Below, one piece after another: positions 49,196-59,004 of a DNA stretch of 64,000 bases. Made by a program: the position numbers and the translations under genes. Under the pieces are notes generated by a model. That model had not been told where the DNA came from, ran no database searches, and saw only the letters and a program-made list of their open reading frames with translations. Source of the stretch: Alphaproteobacteria bacterium (GTDB lineage: Bacteria; Pseudomonadota; Alphaproteobacteria; UBA7887). The stretch is taken from positions 1,280,001 through 1,344,000 of the forward strand of contig CBDCGL010000011.1 of assembly GCA_965216755.1 (NCBI GenBank). Reading direction: 5' to 3'. How positions within the stretch are numbered: position 1 is the stretch's first letter; every line of letters begins with the position of its first letter.

Positions 49196-52021
49196 TTATT
49201 GACGCAACCTTGCCAGTGTTTGGATCAACTCCCAAACGCGCTCGAAAGTCACGTCTTCAAAGCCGCCTTGGCGTTCGAGATCGCGTAACAATCCAACCGC
49301 GCGAACCTGCGCTTGGTTGTCGCCGGCCTCGGCCTCAAGCGCACTGAGCGCCTGGGCAAACGGCACATCGCGCGCTTCCGAAGTTGCCAACGCCCTGCCA
49401 ACCAGCACGTCAAGGTTCTCAAACGCTTGGCGTAGAGAGTTCGGGTCGTGCGGCTGGCCGAGCAGTCCGCGAATACCATTTGCGGTGAATCTATCTCGCA
49501 ACCCATCCGGCAATGACTGGCCGAACCCCTCCAAGGCCTCGCCCAGACCGAAGCCCGACGTGAACAAGCCGCGGATCGTGTCGATCGTACCACCTGAACC
49601 ATTCTCACCGCCGAACATACGGATCTGCGCCCCACTCAGCGCCGAGCCCATGGCCTTCGCTTGATCAATATGCACATCGCGTTCGGCCTCGATGAACATC
49701 TTGGCCAGTTCGAGGAAGGTCGCGGCTTCGTTGTACTTCTTGAGCGCGCTCGCTTTGGCATCAAGGCCAGCGGCTTCGGCCTCAAGCATGCGCTGCGTGT
49801 TTTCAACACGTAGCGTTTCGATTTCCATCTCGGCGCGGCCCTTGGCGCCCGCTTCACGTTCCATGCCTTCGGCGGCAATTTTCTGGGCGTCACTGTTTGC
49901 ACGTGCGCGCATAAGTGTCGCCGCCGCCTCGCGTTCGGCCGCATCTTTGCGCGCATCGGATTGCGTAACCATGTGCATGCGCGTGATTTCGGCCTTCGAT
50001 TCCTCCTCAATGCGCCGCGCCGCGGCTTCCTTTTCGGCCGCAAGTCGTTCGACCTCTTTGGCACGCTTGGCGTCTGCAACGACCCGAACGGAATCGACAT
50101 TGTGTTCCGCTTGCTCTTTCGCGGCGGTCGTCTCCAGACGCGTAACCTCCACGGCCTCAAGCTCCTGCGTCTTCTGCACAAGCGCGATTTCGCGTTGTCG
50201 CTCCTCTAACTCGCGCGCCAGGAAACGCTGAATGTCCACTTTCTCGCGCTCTTGTTCTTTTTGGATGATCGCGATTTCGCGCTCGCGTTCCTCAAGCTCC
50301 ACGGTCTTGGCTTGGCGCACCTCTGCCCGCCGCAGCTCTTCGTCCTTCGCCACCAAGGCAATCGCGCGATCGCGTTCTTCCTGTTCACGGGCAAGCGCGC
50401 GGCGGACTTCGACCCGTTCCAGCTCCTCCGTCTTGGCAACCAGCGCGATTTCGCGGTCGCGTTCCTCCTGCTCACGTGCCAGCGCACGGCGCACCTCGGC
50501 TGCTTCGCGCACCTTCATTTCCTCGGCCACGGAGGCCTTTTTTTGGATTCGCGCGCGTTCAACCGCCAGTTCTTTCTCGATTTCCGTTTCCTGAACCTGC
50601 CAACGTTGATCCAAAATAAAGCGTTGCTTCTCTGCCAATATTCGCGCGCGTTCATCAGAGATTTCGCGCTCATGCTGAGCCGTCGCCAAGGCATCGTCCT
50701 TTTCGACGTTCAACGCGATTAGGCGGGTTTCCAAGCCGCGTTTGCGCATGGCAATCGCCGCCTCTTCTGTCGCCTTATGGCGTTCGTCGCGAGCGATCTC
50801 CTCTGCCGACATGACGGCTGTGACCCGTTGGATATCTGCTTGCTGCCGCTCCTGCTCCTTGGCGGTCAGCTCGATCTGGCGCTCCTTTTCGGCCCTTTCG
50901 CGTGACAAGGCGCGGCCGATTTCAGCGAGTTCTTCCTGTTCCGACTTGGTAATCAACTCAATCTCGCGATCCTTCTCTGCCTTTTCCAGAGCGAGACGAC
51001 GCTCGATATCGGCAAGCTCTTCTTCCTTCGCCTTAGCAATCAACGCAATTTCCTTCTCGCGCCTCTCAGCTTCTAATGCGAGATCCTTCCGAATTTCAGA
51101 TGCTTCTCGTTTCTGCGCCTCCTCTGTAATTGCGATCTCGCGGCCGGTGCGCAGCTGCTCTAGTTCCTTGTCGTTCTCGATCTCGCGCTGTTCAACCGCC
51201 ATACGCTGATCAAGGACGTAGATCTGCTTTTCGCCGAGCCGCAAAGCTTGTTCGTTTGAGACGTCCTTATCTTGAGACGCGCGCGCAAATGCCTCCTGGC
51301 GTTCGATTTCCAAGAGCTCGAGCTGGGTATCCAAGTCCTTCTGGCGAATTGCAACCGTGGTCCGCTTTTCGGTTTCGTGCACTTTCTTGCGGGCGTCCGA
51401 CGTGATTGCCGTAATGATCTTCAAACCTTCTGCGTCAAAGACATTGTCGGTCTTGAAATGGTCTTTGCCGGTCTGTTCCAAAGTCACGATCGTCACCTCT
51501 TCCAGCGACAGACCGTTGGCTTGGAAACTGGAAATCACGCTTTCCTTGACAGCTTGGGCGAAGGATTCTCGGTTCTCGTGCAATTCGTTCAGGGTCTTGG
51601 TGGCGGCGTAGCTACGAACGGCGCTGACCACTTTTGCCTCAAGCAAATTCCGAACTTTGTCGGGGTCGAACGTCTTGTCGCCCAGGCTTCGGCTGGCAGT
51701 CAAAACGTCGTCGACCGTGCGGCCGACATGCGCATAGAGTTCGGCGACAATATCAATGCGGATTTTGTCCGACGTGAGGACGGCTTGGTCGCGCGCACGA
51801 CTGACGATCAGCTTGATCGTTTCCAGCGATACCCAGGTTACGTCATGAAAAACAGGAAGAACGACCGCGCCCTGCCCAATGCACACTTTTGTTCCCAGAA
51901 ATCCCGTTCGAATGAAGGCGAGGTTCGCTGGCGCGCGCTTGTAGACCCATATCGACAACACATAGACAATCGCTATGACAACGATGATTGACAGTATTAT
52001 TGTTAGCCAGAGTTCAAGCAT
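49196..52021 (-). CDS. SPFH/flotillin family protein with greatly extended coiled coil
   Basis: N-terminal TM; AFIRTGFLG, VLPVFH and NVFDAEGL (YqiK/flotillin-like) motifs; long E/R/A-rich repeats. Confidence 0.88.
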   Translation of the reverse strand: MLELWLTIILSIIVVIAIVYVLSIWVYKRAPANLAFIRTGFLGTKVCIGQGAVVLPVFHDVTWVSLETIKLIVSRARDQAVLTSDKIRIDIVAELYAHVGRTVDDVLTASRSLGDKTFDPDKVRNLLEAKVVSAVRSYAATKTLNELHENRESFAQAVKESVISSFQANGLSLEEVTIVTLEQTGKDHFKTDNVFDAEGLKIITAITSDARKKVHETEKRTTVAIRQKDLDTQLELLEIERQEAFARASQDKDVSNEQALRLGEKQIYVLDQRMAVEQREIENDKELEQLRTGREIAITEEAQKREASEIRKDLALEAERREKEIALIAKAKEEELADIERRLALEKAEKDREIELITKSEQEELAEIGRALSRERAEKERQIELTAKEQERQQADIQRVTAVMSAEEIARDERHKATEEAAIAMRKRGLETRLIALNVEKDDALATAQHEREISDERARILAEKQRFILDQRWQVQETEIEKELAVERARIQKKASVAEEMKVREAAEVRRALAREQEERDREIALVAKTEELERVEVRRALAREQEERDRAIALVAKDEELRRAEVRQAKTVELEEREREIAIIQKEQEREKVDIQRFLARELEERQREIALVQKTQELEAVEVTRLETTAAKEQAEHNVDSVRVVADAKRAKEVERLAAEKEAAARRIEEESKAEITRMHMVTQSDARKDAAEREAAATLMRARANSDAQKIAAEGMEREAGAKGRAEMEIETLRVENTQRMLEAEAAGLDAKASALKKYNEAATFLELAKMFIEAERDVHIDQAKAMGSALSGAQIRMFGGENGSGGTIDTIRGLFTSGFGLGEALEGFGQSLPDGLRDRFTANGIRGLLGQPHDPNSLRQAFENLDVLVGRALATSEARDVPFAQALSALEAEAGDNQAQVRAVGLLRDLERQGGFEDVTFERVWELIQTLARLRQ

Positions 52022-52121
52022 CTCTTGACCACCTCGTTACCGGCAAGGTTTCCACGCCCTTTGGTCTTCAGCGCACCAGAGGTGCGCGCGGGCGGTTTCC
52101 CACCGTATTTCCTCTCCACGC

Positions 52122-54404
52122 TCAGGCACGGCGCGCGCCACCCGGGCGTTCGCCGAAATCAAACAACGACGACTCCCCGCGACCGTGGCGCATGCCATCG
52201 CGCAATGTCTCGGTTGCCTGGCGGTCAACTTCAACACCCTCGCCGTCCAATACCACACCATAATCTTGCCGTGCCGCTTCGATACTCACAAGCTTTCGTG
52301 CAACATCATTGCGCACCGCGACGGGATCGCGATCCAAAGGGTCGCCCCAGCCGCCACCCCCGGCGGTGCGAAAAATGACGCGATCCCCGTGGGCGACTTC
52401 CACATTGTCGATTTTCGAAGGTAGTGGCTCCCGCGTGCCGTCGGCTCTTATCAGCCACTTCTCCGAACACTGACCAGGCCTGCCGCCCAAAATGCCCCAC
52501 GGTTGTGTCAGGTGCCGATCGTCATGAACGGAAATGTGGCCCGGCTCCATAAGCTGGTAAACCTTGTCCACGCCATTGCCACCGCGATGCTTGCCGGCGC
52601 CGCCAGTGTCGACGATCGTGCCATAGCTTTCGATCATCATCGGGTAGTAGCTCTCGAGATATTCGGTCGGGATGTTCTCGAACAACGGCCACCAGGAATG
52701 ACCGTCCATGCCATCGCCGACCGGGCGCCCGGGAATGCCACCGTAAAGAATTTCCATGAGCTGAAACGGTTCGCCGCGGGCATCAACACCGGAGTAAAGG
52801 AAATGCGGGCTGGAGCCGTATCCCGCCGCCGTCGCCAATTCCGGCGCGTTCTTGCTAAGCGCTCCACCCAACACATCAAACTGACGCGACAAGGCGTGCG
52901 TTCGGCAACCGAGCGCGGCCGGAAAGTCTGGTTGCACCAGCGAACCATGCGGCAAGGTCACATGAATCAGGTCATAAAAGCCATCGTTGAACAAGATCTG
53001 GGGATCAAACACCATGATCATGTAGACCCCGATGAACATCTTGAACATGCCTTCATGCAGGTAGAAGTTGATCGGCCCCGGCGCCTGCGTGGCTGTGCCG
53101 GTCCAATCGAAATAGCCATGTTCCCCTTCTCGCCAAACGGTCAATTTCATTTTGAAGGGACCGTTGCCGCAACCGTCGTCGTCAACAAAATCCTCGAATG
53201 ACTGCGGTTCCTCGGGCAGGTTTTGCACGATCAACGTGCGCATGGCTTTGTTGGTGCGCTCCAGCAGCGCATCGCACGCGCTCTTGTACGTCTCCACACC
53301 AAAGCGCTGACAGATTTCGATAACCCGTCGCTCCCCAGCGCGGCTGCCCGCGATGATCGCCATCAGGTCGCTGTAGTTCATTTCGGGCGTGCGCGTGTTG
53401 TTCATCAAAAGATCGAGCGCCGCCTTATTCAGCACGCCGCGTTCATAAATCTTGATGGGCGGAATGCGGATGCCCTCACCGAAAATCGACGTTGCCGCGG
53501 TTGGCATGCTGCCGGGCACCCAACCGCCGACATCCATCATGTGCCCGAACATCGAACTGAATCCGACCAACTCGCCTTCAAAAAAGATCGGTACGAGTAC
53601 CATCCAGTCGTTGATGTGACTGATCGCGCCGCCGCACTTGTAGGGATCACTCTGCAGAAGCACGTCGCCCGGATCAAAGGCAACGCCGTGGGTTTCGAGC
53701 ATCTCCGGGACATATGAACCAAACTGCCCAACGATCATCCGACCCTTGCGATCGGTGATCATCGGAAACTCATCATGCTGCTCGCGGATGACTGGCGACA
53801 TCGCCGAACGAAACAACACAGCGTCCATTTCGTGACGCGCATTGCGCAATGCGTTTTCGATCAGGTCCAGCGTGATCGTATCCAGGCTTGTCGCCCCGCC
53901 TGGCGTGCGGTCGATGTCCGCCGATTTGTCTTCGGACTTCTCGACAACGGGCGCCGGCGCCGACCCCGTTGGCTTGGCTTCCACTTGGCCATTGCCGGGA
54001 AACATCGCCGCGCATTTGAGTAGCGCATCATCGGTCGCGCGCTGCAACGCCGCGCCTTCGTCGCCAGCGATTCGCGCACTGCCGAATTGCATTTTGCTGG
54101 CGCCGTCCACCAGCAATTTGCACAGGACGGTCACGCGACCGCGCTCAATTTTGTGCTCAACGATCTCTGATGACCATGCATCACCAAACTGCTGGTTCAG
54201 CAATGCGACCGCATCCGAAACGGCACCGGTTTCAAGCTGCAAGCTCGCCGACGCCAGATCTTCTTTTGTCGCAGGACGGTGTTCGACGCCAACAACGCCC
54301 AGCTCTTTAGATTGAACAGCCGCAATCGCGTCGAACTGGGCTTTGCTTGCCTTCAGCAAGTCATCCAGCGACAGTAACTTTGGCGGCGGTTCGGGTTCGC
54401 TCAT
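52122..54404 (-). CDS. hyuB: Hydantoinase B/oxoprolinase with N-terminal Rad52/Rad22-like extension
   Basis: SPVIREQHD, HINDW, GHMMDVGG, GGAGKHRGG and GGGGWGDP motifs; ~165-aa N-terminal extension. Confidence 0.92.
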   Translation of the reverse strand: MSEPEPPPKLLSLDDLLKASKAQFDAIAAVQSKELGVVGVEHRPATKEDLASASLQLETGAVSDAVALLNQQFGDAWSSEIVEHKIERGRVTVLCKLLVDGASKMQFGSARIAGDEGAALQRATDDALLKCAAMFPGNGQVEAKPTGSAPAPVVEKSEDKSADIDRTPGGATSLDTITLDLIENALRNARHEMDAVLFRSAMSPVIREQHDEFPMITDRKGRMIVGQFGSYVPEMLETHGVAFDPGDVLLQSDPYKCGGAISHINDWMVLVPIFFEGELVGFSSMFGHMMDVGGWVPGSMPTAATSIFGEGIRIPPIKIYERGVLNKAALDLLMNNTRTPEMNYSDLMAIIAGSRAGERRVIEICQRFGVETYKSACDALLERTNKAMRTLIVQNLPEEPQSFEDFVDDDGCGNGPFKMKLTVWREGEHGYFDWTGTATQAPGPINFYLHEGMFKMFIGVYMIMVFDPQILFNDGFYDLIHVTLPHGSLVQPDFPAALGCRTHALSRQFDVLGGALSKNAPELATAAGYGSSPHFLYSGVDARGEPFQLMEILYGGIPGRPVGDGMDGHSWWPLFENIPTEYLESYYPMMIESYGTIVDTGGAGKHRGGNGVDKVYQLMEPGHISVHDDRHLTQPWGILGGRPGQCSEKWLIRADGTREPLPSKIDNVEVAHGDRVIFRTAGGGGWGDPLDRDPVAVRNDVARKLVSIEAARQDYGVVLDGEGVEVDRQATETLRDGMRHGRGESSLFDFGERPGGARRA

Positions 54405-54439
54405 CAGCCTTGCATCCTCGCCTTCAGTCCTCGTCGATC

Positions 54440-56497
54440 TCAGTTTTCGGCATTTGCAGGATTGATCAAGAAGTTGAGATGCGTATCGACGCGACCAACA
54501 TAGCCTGGATGAACAACAGTCGTCGTGTCCGTCTGCATAATAATGGCCGGACCCACGACCCGATTGCCGGCGACCAAACGGCTCCGATCATAGATTTCCG
54601 CGTCAATGAAGGCACCGTCGAAATAAACCTGGTGCTGTTCGACGACAGCCGCCGCCGCATCCGCGCTGCCAAGTGCGAAGTCTGGCGCGCGTGGACGTGG
54701 CACAGCGCCACTGCCCACCGCACGCAAGTTCACCAGCTCCACTGGTTGGTCGAGCCGAAATCCATACAATTTCTCGTGCGCCGCGCCGAAACGATCCGCG
54801 ATATCAGCCAACCCGCCAGCAGCTAGGCTATCCGGCGCGGCGTCCAGGGTGAATTCATAGCCTTGTCGCAGATAACGGACATCGACCTCGTAACGCACGT
54901 TCTGTTCTGTTTCATCAACGCCGTCGTCATGCAGCCAAGCACGGGCTTGGCGCCCCAATTCCATGAAGTGCACTTGTAGTTGGTCGCCATCGACGTCATC
55001 GATGTTTCGAATGAAAGTCCGGGCAAACTCGTTTTTGACGTCGGACGACAGAAAGCCCAGCGCCGATAGCACGCCCGGCGTTGGCGGCACCACGACCGGA
55101 AAGCATCCCGCCAAGGCCGCCAACGCATTGCCGTGCATGGGTCCGGCGCCGCCAAACGCAACCAAGGCGAAATCCCGTGGGTCGAGGCCCTTTTGCACAG
55201 TCAGCAGTCGCAAGGCGCCAAACATGTTCTCGTTAACGATGTCCAAAATGCCTTGTGCCGCCTGACAGGCATCCAAACCGAGCGTACGGCCGACTTTTTC
55301 CATGGCGTCTTCGGCGGCCTTGATGTCCAGCTGCATCTCGCCGCCGAGCAAGCTGGGTGGCAGTCGCCCCAACACGACGTTCGCGTCGGTGACGGTCGGA
55401 TTGTCCCCCCCATTGCTATAGCAAGCCGGACCGGGCATCGCTCCGGCGCTTTCAGGCCCAACCCGCAGAGCCCCGGTCAGCGGAACGTGGGCGATCGAGC
55501 CACCGCCGGCACCGACACTATGCACTTCGACCGACGGAATCTTTATTGGGTAATAGCCAAGTGAGGTTTGGCGCGAAATAACGGGCTTGCCATCACGGAT
55601 CATCGACACGTCGGTCGACGTGCCCCCCATGTCGAATCCAAGGGCATCCGGAAACCCGGCCGATGAGGCGACGTACGCTGCCCCCGAAACGCCACCAGCC
55701 GGACCGGAGAGCATGGTGTGGACTGGTGACTCCGTCGCCCGGGCGACGCTCATCAGCCCGCCGTCCGAACGGATGATACTGACGTGAGGCGCGAAATCGA
55801 TCGCGCGCAGCTTCTCTTCGAAATTGCGTAAATAGGCACGCATTGCCGGCCGCACATAGGCGTTCATCACAGCGACCAGCGTCCGCTCATACTCTCGAAA
55901 CTCCGGCAGGATATCCGAGGATAGAGAAACAGGAAAATCTACGCCCATATCCCGGATGATTTCACGTATGCGTCGCTCGTGGATCGGATTGGCATAGGCG
56001 TGCAGCAAAGCCACCGTGATGGATTCGACGCCAAGGGCCGATAGATCCTGAACAGCGGATTGGACGCGCGCCTCGTTCAAAGGTGTCACAACGTCGCCGT
56101 GAGCGTTAACGCGTTCCGGTACGCCGCGCGTGGCTTCCAGATCGGCAAGCGGGTCAGGTTTGACCATAATCATCCACCCGGCCAGCGGACCCGGCGTCTG
56201 CGACCGTGCCATGTGGAGAACTTGCTCAAAATTCTCGGTGACAATCAGGCCGACCTTGGCGCCTTTTTCTTCCAGCACGATGTTTGTGGAAACCGTCGTA
56301 CCATGCAGAAGACTTAGTATTGTGTCCGGCGCGACACCTGAATCCGCCACGATTCGTTCGATGCCCTTGAGAATTCCGACCGATTGGTCTTCTGGCGTGG
56401 ACGGTGTCTTCAGAAGGTGGATATCGCCAGTCGCGTCATTAAACAGCAGCAGGTCGGTGAAAGTCCCACCAACGTCGATTCCGAGTCGGGTGGCCAT
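54440..56497 (-). CDS. hyuA: Hydantoinase A/oxoprolinase (ATP-dependent)
   Basis: GIDVGGTFTD, HGTT, SGPAGG, DMGGTSTD and FGGAGPMH motifs. Confidence 0.95.
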   Translation of the reverse strand: MATRLGIDVGGTFTDLLLFNDATGDIHLLKTPSTPEDQSVGILKGIERIVADSGVAPDTILSLLHGTTVSTNIVLEEKGAKVGLIVTENFEQVLHMARSQTPGPLAGWMIMVKPDPLADLEATRGVPERVNAHGDVVTPLNEARVQSAVQDLSALGVESITVALLHAYANPIHERRIREIIRDMGVDFPVSLSSDILPEFREYERTLVAVMNAYVRPAMRAYLRNFEEKLRAIDFAPHVSIIRSDGGLMSVARATESPVHTMLSGPAGGVSGAAYVASSAGFPDALGFDMGGTSTDVSMIRDGKPVISRQTSLGYYPIKIPSVEVHSVGAGGGSIAHVPLTGALRVGPESAGAMPGPACYSNGGDNPTVTDANVVLGRLPPSLLGGEMQLDIKAAEDAMEKVGRTLGLDACQAAQGILDIVNENMFGALRLLTVQKGLDPRDFALVAFGGAGPMHGNALAALAGCFPVVVPPTPGVLSALGFLSSDVKNEFARTFIRNIDDVDGDQLQVHFMELGRQARAWLHDDGVDETEQNVRYEVDVRYLRQGYEFTLDAAPDSLAAGGLADIADRFGAAHEKLYGFRLDQPVELVNLRAVGSGAVPRPRAPDFALGSADAAAAVVEQHQVYFDGAFIDAEIYDRSRLVAGNRVVGPAIIMQTDTTTVVHPGYVGRVDTHLNFLINPANAEN

Positions 56498-56715
56498 GCG
56501 CGAATCCCTGTTTGCCGTCTCCAGCGTCCACCGTCAACTCCCCAGATCCGTCGATAGGCGCCATCAGAACCCGCTCCAAGGTCATAGGTTCCGGAGGTCG
56601 ATGCGCGAATGATTCCCGACATGTACGACTCGGTCAACCCGCTTCGGCGCCATAGACGTCACCGAAACGATCGTGTAGCGTTTCGCCCAGCAAAATCTCG
56701 GACCAACGGTCAGCT

Positions 56716-57243
56716 ATGGCGCAGGAATCGACACATAGTCCATCGCGACGCTTTTGGGTGTTCCTTGTTGGCCTGATTGTCGCTCTTATTTTCCTGTATT
56801 TTTACGAACCGTTCGAAAATTTCGTGGTCACCGGAATCGGCAATATCCGATCTGACAATATTATTTTCTGGTTTGCATCTTTGGTTGGTGTGGTCGGATA
56901 TGCCATTGCCCACTGGCAAACCTTCCAGCAAAAGATATTTCGACGCGGGGCAGAGCTGGATGCCGATGCTTTGGTCTTCGACACCCTTCAGATCTCGATT
57001 CTGATCGCGGTAATATTTTGTGCCGGCGCGACATTGCAGGCGATCGGAATTCTCAGCGAACATTTGATCACCCGTGGCAGCATCATTGATGGCGTGTTTG
57101 GCGGCCGCCTACTGACCATCATTCTATTGGTATTCTTGGCAATCGGATTTTACTTGTTGCACCATGTGGTGCGTGCGTTCCGCTCTGGTTGGCGGCCAAA
57201 ACGGCCACCTGGTCGTGGAGATTCGCCGGCCCACCGAGGCTAA
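56716..57243 (+). CDS. 4-TM hypothetical protein (paralog of 42744..43223)
   Basis: FLYFYEPF, DNIIFW, HW and GATLQA motifs. Confidence 0.8.
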   Translation: MAQESTHSPSRRFWVFLVGLIVALIFLYFYEPFENFVVTGIGNIRSDNIIFWFASLVGVVGYAIAHWQTFQQKIFRRGAELDADALVFDTLQISILIAVIFCAGATLQAIGILSEHLITRGSIIDGVFGGRLLTIILLVFLAIGFYLLHHVVRAFRSGWRPKRPPGRGDSPAHRG

Positions 57244-57253
57244 CGAGGACTTC

Positions 57254-58297
57254 TTAGACGGCGATCGACTGCTGCTGGAGCCGCGACGGGTCGGCCGGAT
57301 TCGACAGCGCGTTGAAAGCCGCGAGAGACTCCTTGAGCCGCGCGGGCGCCAAGTTCCGCACAATGAAAATCAGGCGCGACCGCCGATCCTCGTCTGGCCA
57401 GGCGCTCAAATGTGTCGGCGGATGGACAATATGCTGGACCCCATTGATGACCACCGGGTCCGCCATGCCGGCCACATTCAAGAGCCCCTTGATCCGCAAC
57501 ACACGGTCGCCATGACGATTGAGCAACATCGTCATCCATATGCCGAAGGCGGTCCAATCAAGCGGCTGATCGAACATCAGGCAGAACGAATTCACGCCAT
57601 CTGTATGTTGGTGGTTCCGATCCGGCGTCGCTTGGCGCCATTGGGCGACAGCTTGCGTGTGGCGGTCTTGGGCATAAAGGTCGTTTGTCACGAGTGCGAT
57701 CGCGTCGAAACTCGACGCGGCGGCATCACTTACGGTTGCGCCAGGATTTCGCCGTTTCAGCTCTGCAATAAGCGAACGAATGCGATCTTCGGCGCACAAA
57801 TCGGTTTTGGTCAACACCAACCCATCTGCGACCAACAATTGCTTTTCAGACTCGGGAAAAGTCGCCAACTGGCTTTCGCCATTGACTGCGTCGATAACCG
57901 TGATGACGTTGCCGAGCCGGAAGTGGTGCTGGATCACCTGATCCGACAGCAAGGTATAGGCAATGGGTACTGGATCGGCGAGCCCCGAAGTTTCAATGAT
58001 AACACGAGAAAACGACGGAATATCGCCACGGGTCTGCTGCGACAGTAGGTCTCGAAGGGCCCCCTTTAGATCTTCGCGTACCGCGCAGCACACACACCCA
58101 TTGTCGAGTAGCAACGTGTTTTCGGTGGCGTGCCCGATCAGATGGTGATCGAGTCCGACTTCGCCAAATTCATTCACCAAGACAGCGGTTTGCTTGAGTT
58201 GTGGCGCCTCGAGGATGCGCCGCAGCAGGGTCGTTTTGCCGCTGCCCAGAAAGCCAGTGACGACGTTGATCGGAATGAGGGTACCGTAGTCCGCCAT
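57254..58297 (-). CDS. COG0523/CobW family metallochaperone GTPase
   Basis: GFLGSGKTT, NEFG, GCVCC, ETSGLADP and LRIKG motifs. Confidence 0.93.
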   Translation of the reverse strand: MADYGTLIPINVVTGFLGSGKTTLLRRILEAPQLKQTAVLVNEFGEVGLDHHLIGHATENTLLLDNGCVCCAVREDLKGALRDLLSQQTRGDIPSFSRVIIETSGLADPVPIAYTLLSDQVIQHHFRLGNVITVIDAVNGESQLATFPESEKQLLVADGLVLTKTDLCAEDRIRSLIAELKRRNPGATVSDAAASSFDAIALVTNDLYAQDRHTQAVAQWRQATPDRNHQHTDGVNSFCLMFDQPLDWTAFGIWMTMLLNRHGDRVLRIKGLLNVAGMADPVVINGVQHIVHPPTHLSAWPDEDRRSRLIFIVRNLAPARLKESLAAFNALSNPADPSRLQQQSIAV

Positions 58298-58299
58298 GG

Positions 58300-58480
58300 C
58301 TATAGCCCTTTCAGACAATAGGGAGCCGTTCTGCCGGAGCTGTTTTGTGCCAATATCAAGTTGCTGTCCGCAAGGCGTATCCGGCATACGGCCAAGGATA
58401 GCGGCGCAGGGATTGACGCAAAATCGCCCGGCCCCGCAGGTTTGTGGCCGGCGGGCGGCCACTTTGTCGCATGGCTTGCT
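58300..58480. mobile_element. MITE-like palindromic element, copy 2 (degenerate ends)
   Basis: Colinear similarity to 16227..16408 (GACAATA..TTCTGCCGGAGC..ATCAAGT.GCTGTCCGCA..CGTATC..ATACGGCCAAGGA..GCCCGGCCC). Confidence 0.7.
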
Positions 58481-58522
58481 CGATGCGCTCGTGCGGTGAA
58501 TCGGACGAGATCCAAATATTCG

Positions 58523-58599
58523 GCTCGTGTCCTGACGAAACCGAAGTTCGTAAGGTGCCTGGGATCAGACGTGACGAACTTCGGATTCGGGACACGAGC
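58523..58599. repeat. Imperfect inverted repeat
   Basis: GCTCGTGTCC..CCGAAGTTCGT / ACGAACTTCGG..GGACACGAGC. Confidence 0.65.
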
Positions 58600-58677
58600 A
58601 TTGTGCTGCGCCGCCCTTCGTGTGGACAACCGCGCCGGATCGCAAACAGTATCGACTCCATATCGTCCGAAATGGCG

Positions 58678-58995
58678 CTAGCGTGCCAGGGTGGCAAGCA
58701 ATGTGTCGTCCAATGGATCGCAATCACGACCAATCAACGACTCGGCCGCGGCCCATAGCGCCGTCATATTGTCAACAATCGCCGTTCGACCCGTGCGTGA
58801 ACGCAATATATAGCTCGCGCCGGCAAAATCGCTGACCGTGAGTCCATAATAGCGCAGCACGTGATTTGCCAGGCGTAAGCGCTGTTGGCGCTCTTGTCGT
58901 CGCGTGTGACCGCGCTGGTGGCGAAAGGCTTTTGGGTGACTGCTCGTTTCGGTCCAATGTCCAGGTCCGCCGAGCACACCACATAGACCGCACAT
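58678..58995 (-). CDS. Small MCGLCG-type putative metal-binding protein
   Basis: MCGLCG start, HW and DPLD motifs; starts 9 nt after the deacetylase stop. Confidence 0.75.
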   Translation of the reverse strand: MCGLCGVLGGPGHWTETSSHPKAFRHQRGHTRRQERQQRLRLANHVLRYYGLTVSDFAGASYILRSRTGRTAIVDNMTALWAAAESLIGRDCDPLDDTLLATLAR

Positions 58996-59004
58996 TAACC
59001 GGAC

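Noticed and set aside
58298-58462. 55-aa N-terminal extension of the COG0523 ORF as a real domain
   Set aside because: It is the translated MITE copy; the family-typical start is ATG 58297.
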